Shown here one piece after another: positions 11,188 through 23,524 of a DNA stretch of 64,000 nt; position 1 is the first letter of the stretch, and each line of letters starts with the position of its first letter. A model generated the notes under the pieces. The model had not been told where the DNA came from, made no database searches, and worked only from the letters and a program-made list of their open reading frames with translations. Origin of the DNA: an uncultured delta proteobacterium (GTDB lineage: Bacteria > Desulfobacterota > Binatia > UBA9968); NCBI GenBank assembly GCA_963745835.1, contig CAVUZH010000004.1:32001-96000 (forward strand), written 5' to 3'. The translations under genes were made by a program, and so were the position numbers.

Positions 11188-11225
11188 AAAAAAGGGGCGT
11201 CCCGAATTCGGGGCGCCCCTTTTTT
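11188..11225. terminator. Bidirectional intrinsic terminator downstream of groEL
   Basis: A-run, GGGGCGTCCCG-AATT-CGGGGCGCCCC, T-run. Confidence 0.85.
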
Positions 11226-11252
11226 CACTTGACGCTATTCGTTTAGTCGCTG

Positions 11253-12891
<1,639 letters not shown>

Positions 12892-13182
12892 TTATTCAAT
12901 TACACCGAGGATGTCATCTTCGCGCATGATCAGATGCTCCTCGCCATCAAGCTTGATTTCCGTGCCAGAGTATTTGCCAAAAAGAATCTTATCGCCTGCC
13001 TTCACTCCCAGGGGTATAACCTTACCGTCATCCTGTCTACCGGGACCGGCGGCGACGACCTTACCTTCCTGTGGCTTTTCTTTAGCCGTGTCGGGAATGA
13101 TGATACCTCCCTTGGATTTCTCTTCCTCCTCAATGCGCTTCACTATCACCCTATCGTGTAGGGGACGAATCTTCGTTGCCAT
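12892..13182 (-). CDS. groES: Co-chaperonin GroES
   Basis: [28 protein letters not shown]. Confidence 0.98.
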   Translation of the reverse strand: MATKIRPLHDRVIVKRIEEEEKSKGGIIIPDTAKEKPQEGKVVAAGPGRQDDGKVIPLGVKAGDKILFGKYSGTEIKLDGEEHLIMREDDILGVIE

Positions 13183-13239
13183 TTTTCCTCCTGAAATACC
13201 TGAATTTACATGTCCCGAAGGACAGGTTGGGTTGGCCTC

Positions 13240-13267
13240 AATTTAATCTCGCTTAGCTAATCGTCAA
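13240..13267 (-). promoter_or_regulatory. Putative groESL promoter
   Basis: TTGACG-N16-TAAATT, followed by a C(UUCG)G hairpin (13211..13224) and AGGAGG. Confidence 0.5.
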
Positions 13268-13286
13268 GGGGGTGAGAAGAAAATTT

Positions 13287-13669
13287 CTACTTACCGGATG
13301 CCTTTGGCGGACTCGCGATGCTCCTCAAGTAGGCAAGTAAATCCTGCAGCTGATTCTCTTTCAAAACGCCACCCCAGCCAGGCATAAAAGAAGACTTACC
13401 GACCGCGGCACCACCTTTGGAAATGATATTTATAAGGAATTCGTCGGAAAATGAGCTCATTAGTTTGCCGTCGGTGTGGTCCGCAGGCTTTACAGGAAGC
13501 GCTTTTCCCGCTGCCCCATCGCCTCGTCCTTTATCTCCATGACAGCTCGAACAGTAGGTCGTATAAAGCTTTTGCCCCTCTGCCGCGCTCTGAGCCCGGC
13601 CCAAGCCGGGAGCGCCGCAAGAGTGAGAGCGACAAAAGTCAGACCTAAGATACTGATTCGCTGCAACAT
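13287..13669 (-). CDS. Periplasmic monoheme cytochrome c; frameshift near 13598
   Basis: Signal peptide MLQRISILGLTFVALTLAALPAW is in one frame; YCSSCHG (CxxCH) and the axial Met motif MPGWG are in another. Confidence 0.85.
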
Positions 13670-13884
13670 GACGTCAAGACTCTTCGACAAAATTAAACTT
13701 CTCTCATGTAGCAGATATGTAATTCGAAACGGTAGAGATTGGCAGACAAGTATGGACAAATCGCTATCGGTAGTGACAACATAATCCGTATCCGCATCAC
13801 GATATTTTCGGCTGATTTAGTTGTCGCTATGGCCGAAATAGTGATAAGAGACTGAACTGAATACAGCGAAAAGCGGAGGTATTT

Positions 13885-14505
13885 ATGCTCAAGATTTGGG
13901 GCCGCACAGACTCATCGAATGTGCAAAAAGTGCTCTGGTGCTGCGGCGAGATTGGTTTGGAATTTAATCGGGTAGACTGGGGCGGAAAATTTGGCGGTAA
14001 TAAAGACAAAGCTTATCGAGATATGAACCCGAACGGCTTAGTGCCGACCATTCAAGACGGCGACTTTGTTCTTTGGGAGTCCAACTCGATCATGCGCTAT
14101 CTAGTCGAAAAATACGGTCACGGAAGACTCCTGCCGTCGACACCGGAAGGCCGCGCCAATGCCAATCGATGGATGGACTGGCAGCTTTCCACATTCAATC
14201 CGATCATCGTACCGCTTTTTTTTGCGACCATTCGAACGCCGGCAGACAAACGCGACCCTAAAGCAATTGAATCTGCCTTAGACAAGAGCTCTCAAGCATG
14301 GCAGATCGTTGAGAACCATTTGGAGGGAAATAAATATTTAGCCGGCGACGAATTCTCGATCGGTGATATCCCCCTAGGGGTTTGGGCGCATCGTTGGTTC
14401 AACCTGCCGATTGAACGGCCCAAACAGAAAAATCTCAGCGCTTGGTATGAACGATTAACCCAGCGCAAACCATACCAAACTCATATCATGATTCCGGTCA
14501 CGTGA
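13885..14505 (+). CDS. Glutathione S-transferase (GstB-like)
   Basis: SSNVQKVLW, NPNGLVPTI, LWESNSIMRYL, YLAGDEFSIGDI. Confidence 0.93.
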   Translation: MLKIWGRTDSSNVQKVLWCCGEIGLEFNRVDWGGKFGGNKDKAYRDMNPNGLVPTIQDGDFVLWESNSIMRYLVEKYGHGRLLPSTPEGRANANRWMDWQLSTFNPIIVPLFFATIRTPADKRDPKAIESALDKSSQAWQIVENHLEGNKYLAGDEFSIGDIPLGVWAHRWFNLPIERPKQKNLSAWYERLTQRKPYQTHIMIPVT

Positions 14506-14557
14506 TGCGTCCCGCCACGTAGTTAGGTGGAGTAAAGGGCGCACAGGGCGTCTATGT

Positions 14558-16042
14558 TTATTTGATAAAAAAACGCAGTGATTGCGTGGTGTATTGGCTT
14601 AACGGCGAGAAATAGATTCCCAAAATAACGGTTAGAACCGCCAACGGCACCATTAAGGTGAAGTTGTGCCCGGCAATGGCGACCGCTTTATCGCCCGGAT
14701 CGGGAGTATCCAAAAACATCACCTTGACAACCTTGGCATAGTAATAGAGGGAGATGACGCTGTTCGCTACCGCGACCAACGCCAGAATGATAAAGGCTCC
14801 GCCTTCTTTCAAAACCGCGGCAAAGAGAAAAAATTTGCCGATGAATCCGGCGAAAGGAGGCAAGCCGGTCAGCGAAAACAGGAAAATGGAAAAGCAAACT
14901 GCCGGCACAACCGCGCCGCGCCAAGCTAGCCCGCGATAGCCATCGATGTCTTCGCTGCCGGTATGATTAGCCACCATGGCAACCACTAGGAACGCGCCGA
15001 CATTCATAATCAAATAGACGACGATGTAAAACAGGATGGCGCTGAGGCCGTCATTAGTCAGTATTGCCAATCCCATGAGCATGTAGCCGGCATGAGCGAT
15101 GCCTGAATAAGCCAGCATGCGCTTTAAGTTTCTTTGATTGAGAGCGCACAGATTGCCCACGGTCATGGTGATCATGCTGGCGAACAACAGGATTTGAGGC
15201 CACTCAACACCCGGTACAAACGACCAATCGCCAGCGGCTGTAACGCTCGAGATGCCGGGATAAAAAAAACGAATCAAGATCGCCAGGCCGGCAGCATTAG
15301 AGGCCACTGAAAGAAACGCCGTGAACGGTGTCGGCGCTCCCTGATAAACGTCCGGTGACCACATATGAAACGGGACGAAGACAATTTTGTATCCGAAGCC
15401 GGCAAATACGAACATAAAGGCCATAAACAAACCTGCTTTGTTTATCTCGGTCTTTGCCAGCGTCTGTTGAATCGCCGCATAGTCGAGGCTGCCGGTCATG
15501 CCGAAGATCCAGCTCATGCCGTAAATCATCGTTCCTGAAGCGACGCCGCCGTAAATCAGGTATTTCAGCGCGGCCTCGCTCGAGCGCCGGTTTCGCGGCA
15601 AAAAGCCGGTGAGAACATAAGAGGTTAAACTCACCAGCTCGAGCGATAGATAGGCGGTCAGAAGATTACTCGACGAGGCCATGAAAAAAATGCCCAGAGC
15701 GCATGTCAATAGAAGGGTATAATATTCACCCTGATAAACCTGCTTGATCTCAGCGCTTCCGAGCGACATCCAGATCGCGCAAATCGCCGCCAGCAGAGTG
15801 ATTATTTTGAAAAAAAGGCTGAAATTGTCGAGCACAACCATGCGATGGAAGAGCCAGCCCTGCTGCGCGCTATAAAGATCAAAGGCAGACAACAACGACG
15901 CTACACACCCGATAATCGCCACTACCGCTAGATTACGCTTGTTGCGAATAAACAAGTCCAGAACGATAAGCAGTATGATAGTTCCCGTTAGGATTAGCTC
16001 CGGGCCAGAAAAACTCAAACTCTCTAAGTTGTTCAGATCCAT
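14558..16042 (-). CDS. nuoN: NADH-quinone oxidoreductase subunit N
   Basis: SSEAALKYL, PFHMWSPDVYQGAPTP, KRMLAYSGIAH. Confidence 0.95.
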   Translation of the reverse strand: MDLNNLESLSFSGPELILTGTIILLIVLDLFIRNKRNLAVVAIIGCVASLLSAFDLYSAQQGWLFHRMVVLDNFSLFFKIITLLAAICAIWMSLGSAEIKQVYQGEYYTLLLTCALGIFFMASSSNLLTAYLSLELVSLTSYVLTGFLPRNRRSSEAALKYLIYGGVASGTMIYGMSWIFGMTGSLDYAAIQQTLAKTEINKAGLFMAFMFVFAGFGYKIVFVPFHMWSPDVYQGAPTPFTAFLSVASNAAGLAILIRFFYPGISSVTAAGDWSFVPGVEWPQILLFASMITMTVGNLCALNQRNLKRMLAYSGIAHAGYMLMGLAILTNDGLSAILFYIVVYLIMNVGAFLVVAMVANHTGSEDIDGYRGLAWRGAVVPAVCFSIFLFSLTGLPPFAGFIGKFFLFAAVLKEGGAFIILALVAVANSVISLYYYAKVVKVMFLDTPDPGDKAVAIAGHNFTLMVPLAVLTVILGIYFSPLSQYTTQSLRFFIK

Positions 16043-16048
16043 GGTCCG

Positions 16049-17572
16049 CTAAGAAGGCAGATGCGGAACGACAATCTGGTTGATGTTGTCGAGCGAGGCG
16101 CGCAATAGATCCAGAACCACGCTCGGGTAAACTCCAACCAGAATAACGATGGCTCCAAGAGGGATTAAGGTGAATAATTCCCGGCTATTGATCTCCGGGA
16201 GCGCTATGTATTTTTCATTGACCGGGCCGAGATAAACACGCTGTATGGTCCATAGTAAATATCCCGCCGTAAGAATCACACCGGTAGCGCCAAGGATCGC
16301 CAGGATGGGATATTTCTGCCATGTGCCGAGCAAAACCAATACCTCCGAGATAAATCCGGAAAGCCCGGGCAAACCCATCGAGGCAAAAACCGCCAGCGCG
16401 GTAACGCCTGTATACAGAGGCATCACCGCGGCCAGGCCACCAAAACCTTCGATGTCGCGATGGTGCGCCCGATCATAGATGACTCCAACCAGGAGAAAGA
16501 GCATGGCAGTGATCGTGCCGTGATTGAACATCTGCAACACCGCGCCATTGATTCCTTGAGTGGTAAAACTCGCCATGCCGAGCATCACGTATCCCATATG
16601 GCTGACGCTGGAATAGGCGACCAATTTCTTGAGATCGGTCTGCGCCATCGCGCACAGCGCGCCATATATGATATTCCACGCGCCGAGCGCGCCCAGGAGC
16701 CAATAAGCCATATCGGCGGTTGCTACCGGCATCATCGGATAGTTGATTCGGAGAATCCCATAGGTGCCCATTTTGAGAAGCACGCCTGCGAGAATGACCG
16801 ATATCGCCGTCGGTGCCTCGACGTGCGCGTCAGGAAGCCAGGTGTGAAATGGAAAAGCCGGAATCTTGATGGCAAAGCCGATAAACAAAGCAATCCAAAC
16901 TACGTGCTGGAAGCCCCAACGCAAATCAGTGAACGGCCAAAAGGGAAGAATTTGCGTGCTGTAGGTGTTGGCCTGCGCCATCATCACCGTCATATCGAAA
17001 GTGTTCGGATTGGTATTGAAATAGAGCGCCAACATCGCCAGCAGCATCAGCACGCTGCCAAAAAGGGTGTAAAGAAAAAACTTGATGGCGGCATACTCAC
17101 GCCGCGGCCCGCCCCATATGCCGATCAGGAAGTACATAGGTAGCAACATGACTTCCCAGAAAATATAGAAAAGAAAAAAGTCCAGAGCAGCGAAAACGCC
17201 CATCATTCCCGCTTCGAGCATGAGGAAAAGCGCGAAGTATCCCTTCACGCCTCGATCGATGCCGAACGAAGCAAAGATACACAGGAAGCTCAGCAGAGCC
17301 GTCAGCAGAATCATAGAAATGCTGAGACCATCGACACCGACGAAGTATTGGATGTTGTAAGCCGGAATCCATGGCAGCTTCTGAACAAACTGAAATCCGC
17401 TTTGGGTGGTGTCAAAGTTGGCGTAAAGCCAGCAGCCCATCAGTACGGGCGGCACAGTCGCTGCCGCCGAAACCCAGCGAATCAAATTGTATCCCTTGCT
17501 CGGCAGCAACAGCACGACGACCGCTCCGGCGAGAGGAATAAAAATCATGTACGTGAGAACGCTCTGTTCCAT
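16049..17572 (-). CDS. nuoM: NADH-quinone oxidoreductase subunit M
   Basis: FYIFWEVMLLPMY, PFHTWLPDAHVEAPT, LKKLVAYSSVSHMG. Confidence 0.96.
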   Translation of the reverse strand: MEQSVLTYMIFIPLAGAVVVLLLPSKGYNLIRWVSAAATVPPVLMGCWLYANFDTTQSGFQFVQKLPWIPAYNIQYFVGVDGLSISMILLTALLSFLCIFASFGIDRGVKGYFALFLMLEAGMMGVFAALDFFLFYIFWEVMLLPMYFLIGIWGGPRREYAAIKFFLYTLFGSVLMLLAMLALYFNTNPNTFDMTVMMAQANTYSTQILPFWPFTDLRWGFQHVVWIALFIGFAIKIPAFPFHTWLPDAHVEAPTAISVILAGVLLKMGTYGILRINYPMMPVATADMAYWLLGALGAWNIIYGALCAMAQTDLKKLVAYSSVSHMGYVMLGMASFTTQGINGAVLQMFNHGTITAMLFLLVGVIYDRAHHRDIEGFGGLAAVMPLYTGVTALAVFASMGLPGLSGFISEVLVLLGTWQKYPILAILGATGVILTAGYLLWTIQRVYLGPVNEKYIALPEINSRELFTLIPLGAIVILVGVYPSVVLDLLRASLDNINQIVVPHLPS

Positions 17573-17595
17573 CTTCTACATTCTCCAGTTAAAAC

Positions 17596-19629
17596 TCAGC
17601 TCCAGTAACGTAACTTGATGATGATGGCGAGCACCACTGCGATGAGAATTCCATAGAGATAACTGTTGATGTTACCGGTTTGAACTCTGCGGAATTTATT
17701 GCCCGCCCAGAAGGTGAAATTAGCAACGGCATTGACCAAAGCATCGACGACATAGTTATCGAATAGCCCGTTCAGCCATGAGACGAAACGAGTCAAGCTC
17801 GCCGTGCCGTTGACGATCCCATCCACCACATACTTATCGAACGCGGAAAAGAGCTGCGCGAGCAGTAAGGTGACGTTGACGAAAACGGCCTGGTAGATTT
17901 CATCCAAGTACCATTTGTTATGGAACAAACGATAAAAGGCTCCACCCGCAAGAGTCGCGAAGCGATCGGGTGAAAGCGCGCCGCGGTAATACATTAGATA
18001 ACCGAGCAATGCTCCGGTAGCAGCAACCGCAATAGAGATCCCCATCAAGCCTAGTTCGAGCGCATGCGAGCCATGATGCTCACCATGCGCAATCACCGGT
18101 TCGAGCCACTCGGCAAATTGGCTGCCGCCAAAAACCGCTGGCAAGCCAATCCAGCCGGCTAACAACGCGCCGCCGGCTAAAATGACCAGTGGCAGGGTCA
18201 TCACCTTGGGCGACTCATGCAGATGTTCCTGGGTGTGATGATCGGCCCGGCACTCGCCGAAGAAGACCATAAAAAGTTGGCGAAACATATAAAAAGCCGT
18301 CATGCCGGCGCCGATGACCGCTAGGGCCCATATCACCGGATGGTGGTTCGAGAAGGCCAGCCAAAGAATTTCGTCTTTAGAGAAAAATCCAGCGGTTCCC
18401 GGCGTCCCCGAGATTGCCAATACCGAAATCAAGAAAGTGAAAAACGTTAGCGGCATGTAATCTTTGAGGCCGCCCATCTTGCGCATGTCTTGTTCGTGAT
18501 GCATGGCGTGAATGACGCTGCCGGCGCCGAGAAACAAACAAGCTTTGAAGAACGCATGAGTCATCAAGTGGAATACCGCGGCGGCATAACCACCGACACC
18601 GATTCCGATGAACATGTAGCCCAGCTGGCTTACCGTCGAATAAGCCAGTACTTTCTTGATGTCGTTTTGGGTCAGTGCAATTGTCGCGGCTAAAAGAGCC
18701 GTCATCACGCCGATTACCGCAATGAGCTGCAAAGTAAACGGCGCCATGGAGAAAAAGACATTCAGCCGGGCAGTCATGTAAACGCCGGCAGTGACCATCG
18801 TGGCGGCATGGATCAAGGCGCTGACTGGAGTTGGCCCGGCCATGGCATCAGGAAGCCAAACGTAAAGAGGTATCTGCGCGGACTTACCTGTTGCTCCGAT
18901 GAATAAGAAGAGGGTTGCGACCGTTGCGACGCTGAAACCCCAGATCGTCTGTCCTTCCAGACTCGATGCCCATCTTGCCATTTCGCGGAAAGTCAGGGTC
19001 CCATGCCCCTGGGCATCGAGAGTCCAGAATAGCAAAAACATTCCGAGGACAAAGCCAAAATCGCCGACCCGGTTGACGATGAACGCCTTATTTCCAGCCC
19101 GGGCATTGGCGTGATCTTGGTACCAAAAACCGATCAATGCATAGGAGCACAAGCCCACGCCCTCCCAACCGACAAACATGAGCAACAAACTGTCGCCAAG
19201 CACCAAAGTCAGCATCGCGGCAGTAAACAGATTCAGATAGGCGAAGAAACGCCAAAACCCTTCATCGTCGTGCATGTAACCGGTGGCGTAGATGTGAATC
19301 AATCCGCCGATGCCGGTCACAATCAGAATCATCACCGCGGAAAGTGGATCCACCAAAAAAGCCATATCCACTTTGAGCGAGCCGAGATCGATCCACCTAT
19401 AAAGATTATCGATTAGAAACCGCTGCTCGGGAGGAAGCGCCTTGAGTTGAAGAAAAGCGATCACCGATAGCGCAAAGGCGATGATCACGGGCGCACAAGC
19501 GATGACCGCGATCGCGCCCTTGCCCATCCGCTTTTGGATCTTGAAGCCCAACAGACCATTGATGATCGCGCCAATCAAAGGCAGGAATATAATCCAACGC
19601 AGGAAATCAGTCTGTATGGGTTGATCCAT
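17596..19629 (-). CDS. nuoL: NADH-quinone oxidoreductase subunit L
   Basis: GKSAQIPLYVWLPDAMAGPTPVSALIHAATMVTAG, HAFFKACLFL. Confidence 0.97.
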   Translation of the reverse strand: MDQPIQTDFLRWIIFLPLIGAIINGLLGFKIQKRMGKGAIAVIACAPVIIAFALSVIAFLQLKALPPEQRFLIDNLYRWIDLGSLKVDMAFLVDPLSAVMILIVTGIGGLIHIYATGYMHDDEGFWRFFAYLNLFTAAMLTLVLGDSLLLMFVGWEGVGLCSYALIGFWYQDHANARAGNKAFIVNRVGDFGFVLGMFLLFWTLDAQGHGTLTFREMARWASSLEGQTIWGFSVATVATLFLFIGATGKSAQIPLYVWLPDAMAGPTPVSALIHAATMVTAGVYMTARLNVFFSMAPFTLQLIAVIGVMTALLAATIALTQNDIKKVLAYSTVSQLGYMFIGIGVGGYAAAVFHLMTHAFFKACLFLGAGSVIHAMHHEQDMRKMGGLKDYMPLTFFTFLISVLAISGTPGTAGFFSKDEILWLAFSNHHPVIWALAVIGAGMTAFYMFRQLFMVFFGECRADHHTQEHLHESPKVMTLPLVILAGGALLAGWIGLPAVFGGSQFAEWLEPVIAHGEHHGSHALELGLMGISIAVAATGALLGYLMYYRGALSPDRFATLAGGAFYRLFHNKWYLDEIYQAVFVNVTLLLAQLFSAFDKYVVDGIVNGTASLTRFVSWLNGLFDNYVVDALVNAVANFTFWAGNKFRRVQTGNINSYLYGILIAVVLAIIIKLRYWS

Positions 19630-19657
19630 GGAGCTCTTCTATCCTACAACATGCACG

Positions 19658-19975
19658 CTATTCTTTGAGAGTTTGCGCGGCTTCGACATCGATCGTGTGG
19701 AAAAGCTGGAAGATCGCCAAGACGATGGCTAAGCCAACCGCCGCTTCGGCCGCGGCAAGCATGATCACGAACATGGCATAGATCTGGCCGTCCAGATTTC
19801 CGCTGCCGAAATGAGAAAAAGCAACGTAGTTGATGTTGGCGCTATTGAGAATCAACTCGACACCCATCAAAACACTGATCGCATTGCGCCGCGTAAGAAC
19901 GCAGAGCAGGCCAAGCGAGAAGAGAACCGCGCCGATGATAAGGTAGGAGGTCAGCTCGTTGGGTGAAAAGACCAT
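19658..19975 (-). CDS. nuoK: NADH-quinone oxidoreductase subunit K
   Basis: RRNAISVLMGVELILNS, AAAEAAVGLAI. Confidence 0.96.
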   Translation of the reverse strand: MVFSPNELTSYLIIGAVLFSLGLLCVLTRRNAISVLMGVELILNSANINYVAFSHFGSGNLDGQIYAMFVIMLAAAEAAVGLAIVLAIFQLFHTIDVEAAQTLKE

Positions 19976-19977
19976 GG

Positions 19978-20478
19978 CTATTCTTTGATCTCCTTGCGGG
20001 AAAGAACCACCGCGCCGATCATCGCGGCGAGCAGCACCAAAGAAGCCAGTTCAAAAGGCAGCAAATAGTTCTCCAGGAACAAGTCACCAATTTTGGCAGT
20101 GGTCGGTTGATGGGCAACTTCCTTTACCCTCACCCAAGGAGTTTCGCGAATGGTTTGGATCAAAATGACCAAGAAGACGCCGACGATCAGCAAACCGGGA
20201 ACTCGACCGGCGGCGCGGTTGGTGATCTCAACGTCGGTAATGCGATGCGTCAGCATCACCGCAAACAGGATGAGGACTAAGATACCGCCGACATAGATAA
20301 GCACCTGCACGCCTGCGACGAAATCGGCGCCAAGAAAAACATACAGGCCGGCAACTCCGGCAAAAGTTCCAAGCAGCGAAAAGGCCGAATAAATAATATT
20401 TCGTGAAAACGCCACCACCGCGGCGGAACCCACGGTAATGATCGCGATCAGATAAAAAACCGCCGTTGAGATATCCAT
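19978..20478 (-). CDS. nuoJ: NADH-quinone oxidoreductase subunit J
   Basis: QVLIYVGGILVLILF, PFELASLVLLAAMIGA. Confidence 0.95.
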   Translation of the reverse strand: MDISTAVFYLIAIITVGSAAVVAFSRNIIYSAFSLLGTFAGVAGLYVFLGADFVAGVQVLIYVGGILVLILFAVMLTHRITDVEITNRAAGRVPGLLIVGVFLVILIQTIRETPWVRVKEVAHQPTTAKIGDLFLENYLLPFELASLVLLAAMIGAVVLSRKEIKE

Positions 20479-20591
20479 GCTTGGTTAAATTTTGGAACTG
20501 AAAGGCAGAAGACTTTTGGCTGAAATACAGGAAGATTGATTTGGTATCAAGGGGTATCGGGGAACGACCAGCTTCCGCCCCACGTCAACAA

Positions 20592-21149
20592 CTATTTGTC
20601 ATCTGCCGCAGCTCCGCCATCGGGCGTGGCAAATTCATCTAAATACTTTTGTCCGATGTCCACCTTGACAACCAGCGTAGGATCCGTTTCCCCGCCCTTC
20701 TTGGGTTTGTAAAGCGACGAGGGCTCGGGCGCGAAGTGACGCACCAGTCCGGCGGGATTATAACTGGCTCCTTCGAATTCCTGCGAGTGACGAATCGACC
20801 CGGTGGGACAAACTTCCGAGCACAAACCGCAATACATGCATTTGCAGATGTCGATGTCGAAGTGCGTGAACTGGCGCTGCTTGGTCTCCTTGTTCATGTC
20901 GATGCCGATGGTGATACAAGTGATCGGACAGACGCGCTCGCAAGCCAAGCAGCCGGTGCAAATATCAAGATCGACTTCCAGAATTCCACGGTAACGGAGC
21001 GGCAACGTCTCCTGAATTGGTACCGGGATCTTATCCGGGTACTGGATCGTCATCGGACGTCGCACCAGGTGTGAGAACGTAATTGACAGCCCCTCGAAAA
21101 CCGACTTTACCGTGTCCTTGACGTCCCTTATGTAACTGACAACTCCCAT
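20592..21149 (-). CDS. nuoI: NADH-quinone oxidoreductase subunit I
   Basis: TIQYP; two CxxCxxCxxxCP [4Fe-4S] motifs. Confidence 0.94.
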   Translation of the reverse strand: MGVVSYIRDVKDTVKSVFEGLSITFSHLVRRPMTIQYPDKIPVPIQETLPLRYRGILEVDLDICTGCLACERVCPITCITIGIDMNKETKQRQFTHFDIDICKCMYCGLCSEVCPTGSIRHSQEFEGASYNPAGLVRHFAPEPSSLYKPKKGGETDPTLVVKVDIGQKYLDEFATPDGGAAADDK

Positions 21150-21160
21150 AACCCCCCAAA

Positions 21161-22357
21161 TTAAATGTGCGGCTTGAAATAAAGCTCCGGCTTGGCCTGG
21201 CGGATTTGGAAGCTTACCCGGAGTAAGAAAATGATGATGATTGCAACGCCCAGTCCAAACATGGCAGCGCTGATGATCCGTTGCAGATTAGCAGGCACAA
21301 ACATGAAGGCGACTGTTCCCAACAAGCAGATGAAGGAGAGCGGAACCATGTACTTCCAGCACATCGACATCAATTGATCTACGCGGACCCGCGGTAGGGT
21401 CGCCCGGATCCACATCGCAACAAACACCCAAAGATAAGCCTTCAGAAAAAACGTGGTGAACTGGGCCAGAGCCAACAGGACCGGGCTATTCTCAAAGATT
21501 CCCAGTGGCGGGACCTGCCACCCGCCCAAAAACAAGGTCGTGGCCACTGCGCCGATTACATAAAGGTTGCCCCATTCCGCGAAAAAGAAAAAAAGAAAGC
21601 GCATGCCGCTATATTCGGTGACGTATCCCGCCACCAGTTCCGATTCGGCTTCCGGTATATCGAAGGGGGTGCGGTTTCCTTCAGCTAAAGCCGCAGTGAA
21701 GTAAAGAAAGAATCCAGCGAAAGTAAATGGATTATGAAACAGATACCAGTCCCATGGCGCCCAGCCTTGTCCTTGTATGATACCCTGCATACTCAGAGTG
21801 CCGGCCAAAAAAACGATCATCAGCACCGACAGTCCGGCAGGAATTTCGTAGCTGACAATTTGCGCTGCGGAGCGCATCCCGCCAAGCAGAGACCATTTGT
21901 TATTGGAGGCCCAACCCGCCATCAGAATGCCGACAACCACCAGCGAAGTCACAGCCAAAAGATAGAGAATACCGATGTTTAAATCCGCAACGATGAGTTG
22001 CCCACCGAATGGAATGACCACGAAACTGCAAAGAAATCCCATGAAGACGATGTAAGGCGCAAGCGAAAAAAGCTTCGAGTCGGCCGCTGTCGGAATGATA
22101 TCTTCTTTCAAAAGATTTTTGATGCCGTCGGCCAACCACTGCAATATCCCCTGCGGCCCTACACGGTTGGGCCCGACACGGGACTGCATCCTGGCCCAGA
22201 CTCGCCGTTCCAGCCAGCTGGTCACACCGGCTAGCGGCGCTACGAAAACCGACAAGACTACAAACGCTGCCAGCAGCATGCCGATGGTATAAACCACCTC
22301 TTTGGGGATTCCGGCAAAGGCGCCGTCGCGCATCAATTGGTCAAGGTAAGCTTGCAT
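21161..22357 (-). CDS. nuoH: NADH-quinone oxidoreductase subunit H
   Basis: RVGPNRVGP, RSAAQIVSYE, RTPFDIPEAESELVAG. Confidence 0.96.
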   Translation of the reverse strand: MQAYLDQLMRDGAFAGIPKEVVYTIGMLLAAFVVLSVFVAPLAGVTSWLERRVWARMQSRVGPNRVGPQGILQWLADGIKNLLKEDIIPTAADSKLFSLAPYIVFMGFLCSFVVIPFGGQLIVADLNIGILYLLAVTSLVVVGILMAGWASNNKWSLLGGMRSAAQIVSYEIPAGLSVLMIVFLAGTLSMQGIIQGQGWAPWDWYLFHNPFTFAGFFLYFTAALAEGNRTPFDIPEAESELVAGYVTEYSGMRFLFFFFAEWGNLYVIGAVATTLFLGGWQVPPLGIFENSPVLLALAQFTTFFLKAYLWVFVAMWIRATLPRVRVDQLMSMCWKYMVPLSFICLLGTVAFMFVPANLQRIISAAMFGLGVAIIIIFLLRVSFQIRQAKPELYFKPHI

Positions 22358-22374
22358 GATCTTCGAATTTAGAT

Positions 22375-23517
22375 TTACCGGTCAATTTCTGGCGCGTCCA
22401 CGTCAAGACTGCCAATCAAGACGATCAGATCGGCCAACATAATCCCCTTGCTCAATTTATCGATGATACTCATCGCGGTGTAAGAACCGGTCCGAATCCG
22501 CACCCTATAGGGATATTCGCTGCCATCACTGATGACATAAAAGCCCATATCGCCGCGGGGCGCTTCAACGCGCACATAGCACTCGCCCGCCGGTGGTCTA
22601 AATTTTCGCGGCACTTTCGAGATTGCCGGCCCGGGGGGAAGCATCTTCAGACATTGCCGGACGATTTTGCAGCTCTCCTGCAGTTCACGGATACGGACCC
22701 AGTAACGGTCAAAGCTATCCCCCAGGATGCCGATATGACCTGTGCCTACTGGAATATCGAACTCCAGTTCCGGGTAAACGGAATAGGGAATGTCACGCCG
22801 GATGTCCCACTTCAACCCGGAGCCGCGTAGATTCGGACCAACCAGATTGTATTGCAGCGCGTCTTCCTTCGAGACTACGGATACACCGGCCAATCGCTCG
22901 ATAAAGATTTTGTTTTCCGAAAGCAGGCGATTAAACTCTTCGACAATCGGCTCGAAGTGATCGAGAAACGCAGCAATACGCGCGCAGGTTTCCGGTAAAA
23001 TATCGTAACCGACACCGCCGATGCGGATGTAATTGTAGGTAAGCCGAGCGCCGCAGATCTCCTCCATCAAGTTATTGATGGTTTCGCGCTCGCGCAGGGC
23101 GTGAACAAACGGTGTCATCGCGCCGATGTCCTGCCCGAAAGTTCCGACTGAAATCAGATGGCTGGCCAGGCGATTGAGCTCGCAGGCAATCACCCGGCAG
23201 AACTCTCCCCGGCGAGTGACCGGCGTTCCTGAAAGTTTTTCCGCCGCCATGCAGAAAACCTGATTAGCAAACATGGCCGCCAAGTAGTCGGCGCGGTCGG
23301 TATAAGGCACGTAGCCGTGCCAGGTTACCTTCTCGCCTATTTTTTCAATAGAACGATGCAAATAACCCACATCCGGAATCGCTTCACCGATAACTTCGCC
23401 ATCGGTTTTCACGACGAAACGCAAGACCCCATGTGTGCTCGGATGTTGCGGGCCGACGCTGATGGTCATGTCCTCGGTGTAAAATCCGGTATCTTGGTTC
23501 TGAGCAATCTCGTTCAT
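22375..23517 (-). CDS. nuoD: NADH-quinone oxidoreductase subunit D
   Basis: GPQHPSTHGVLR, GYLHRSIEK, C-terminal EIDR; lacks the NiFe-binding CxxC motifs of hydrogenases. Confidence 0.95.
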   Translation of the reverse strand: MNEIAQNQDTGFYTEDMTISVGPQHPSTHGVLRFVVKTDGEVIGEAIPDVGYLHRSIEKIGEKVTWHGYVPYTDRADYLAAMFANQVFCMAAEKLSGTPVTRRGEFCRVIACELNRLASHLISVGTFGQDIGAMTPFVHALRERETINNLMEEICGARLTYNYIRIGGVGYDILPETCARIAAFLDHFEPIVEEFNRLLSENKIFIERLAGVSVVSKEDALQYNLVGPNLRGSGLKWDIRRDIPYSVYPELEFDIPVGTGHIGILGDSFDRYWVRIRELQESCKIVRQCLKMLPPGPAISKVPRKFRPPAGECYVRVEAPRGDMGFYVISDGSEYPYRVRIRTGSYTAMSIIDKLSKGIMLADLIVLIGSLDVDAPEIDR

Positions 23518-23524
23518 CGAAATC

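Noticed and set aside
13183-13286. CIRCE element before groES
   Set aside because: Only a short TTAGCTAA palindrome; no 9-9-9 inverted repeat.
20479-20591. Missing small subunit gene between nuoI and nuoJ
   Set aside because: The 113-bp gap holds no credible ORF; at most a weak internal promoter (TTGATA-N17-TATTTC).
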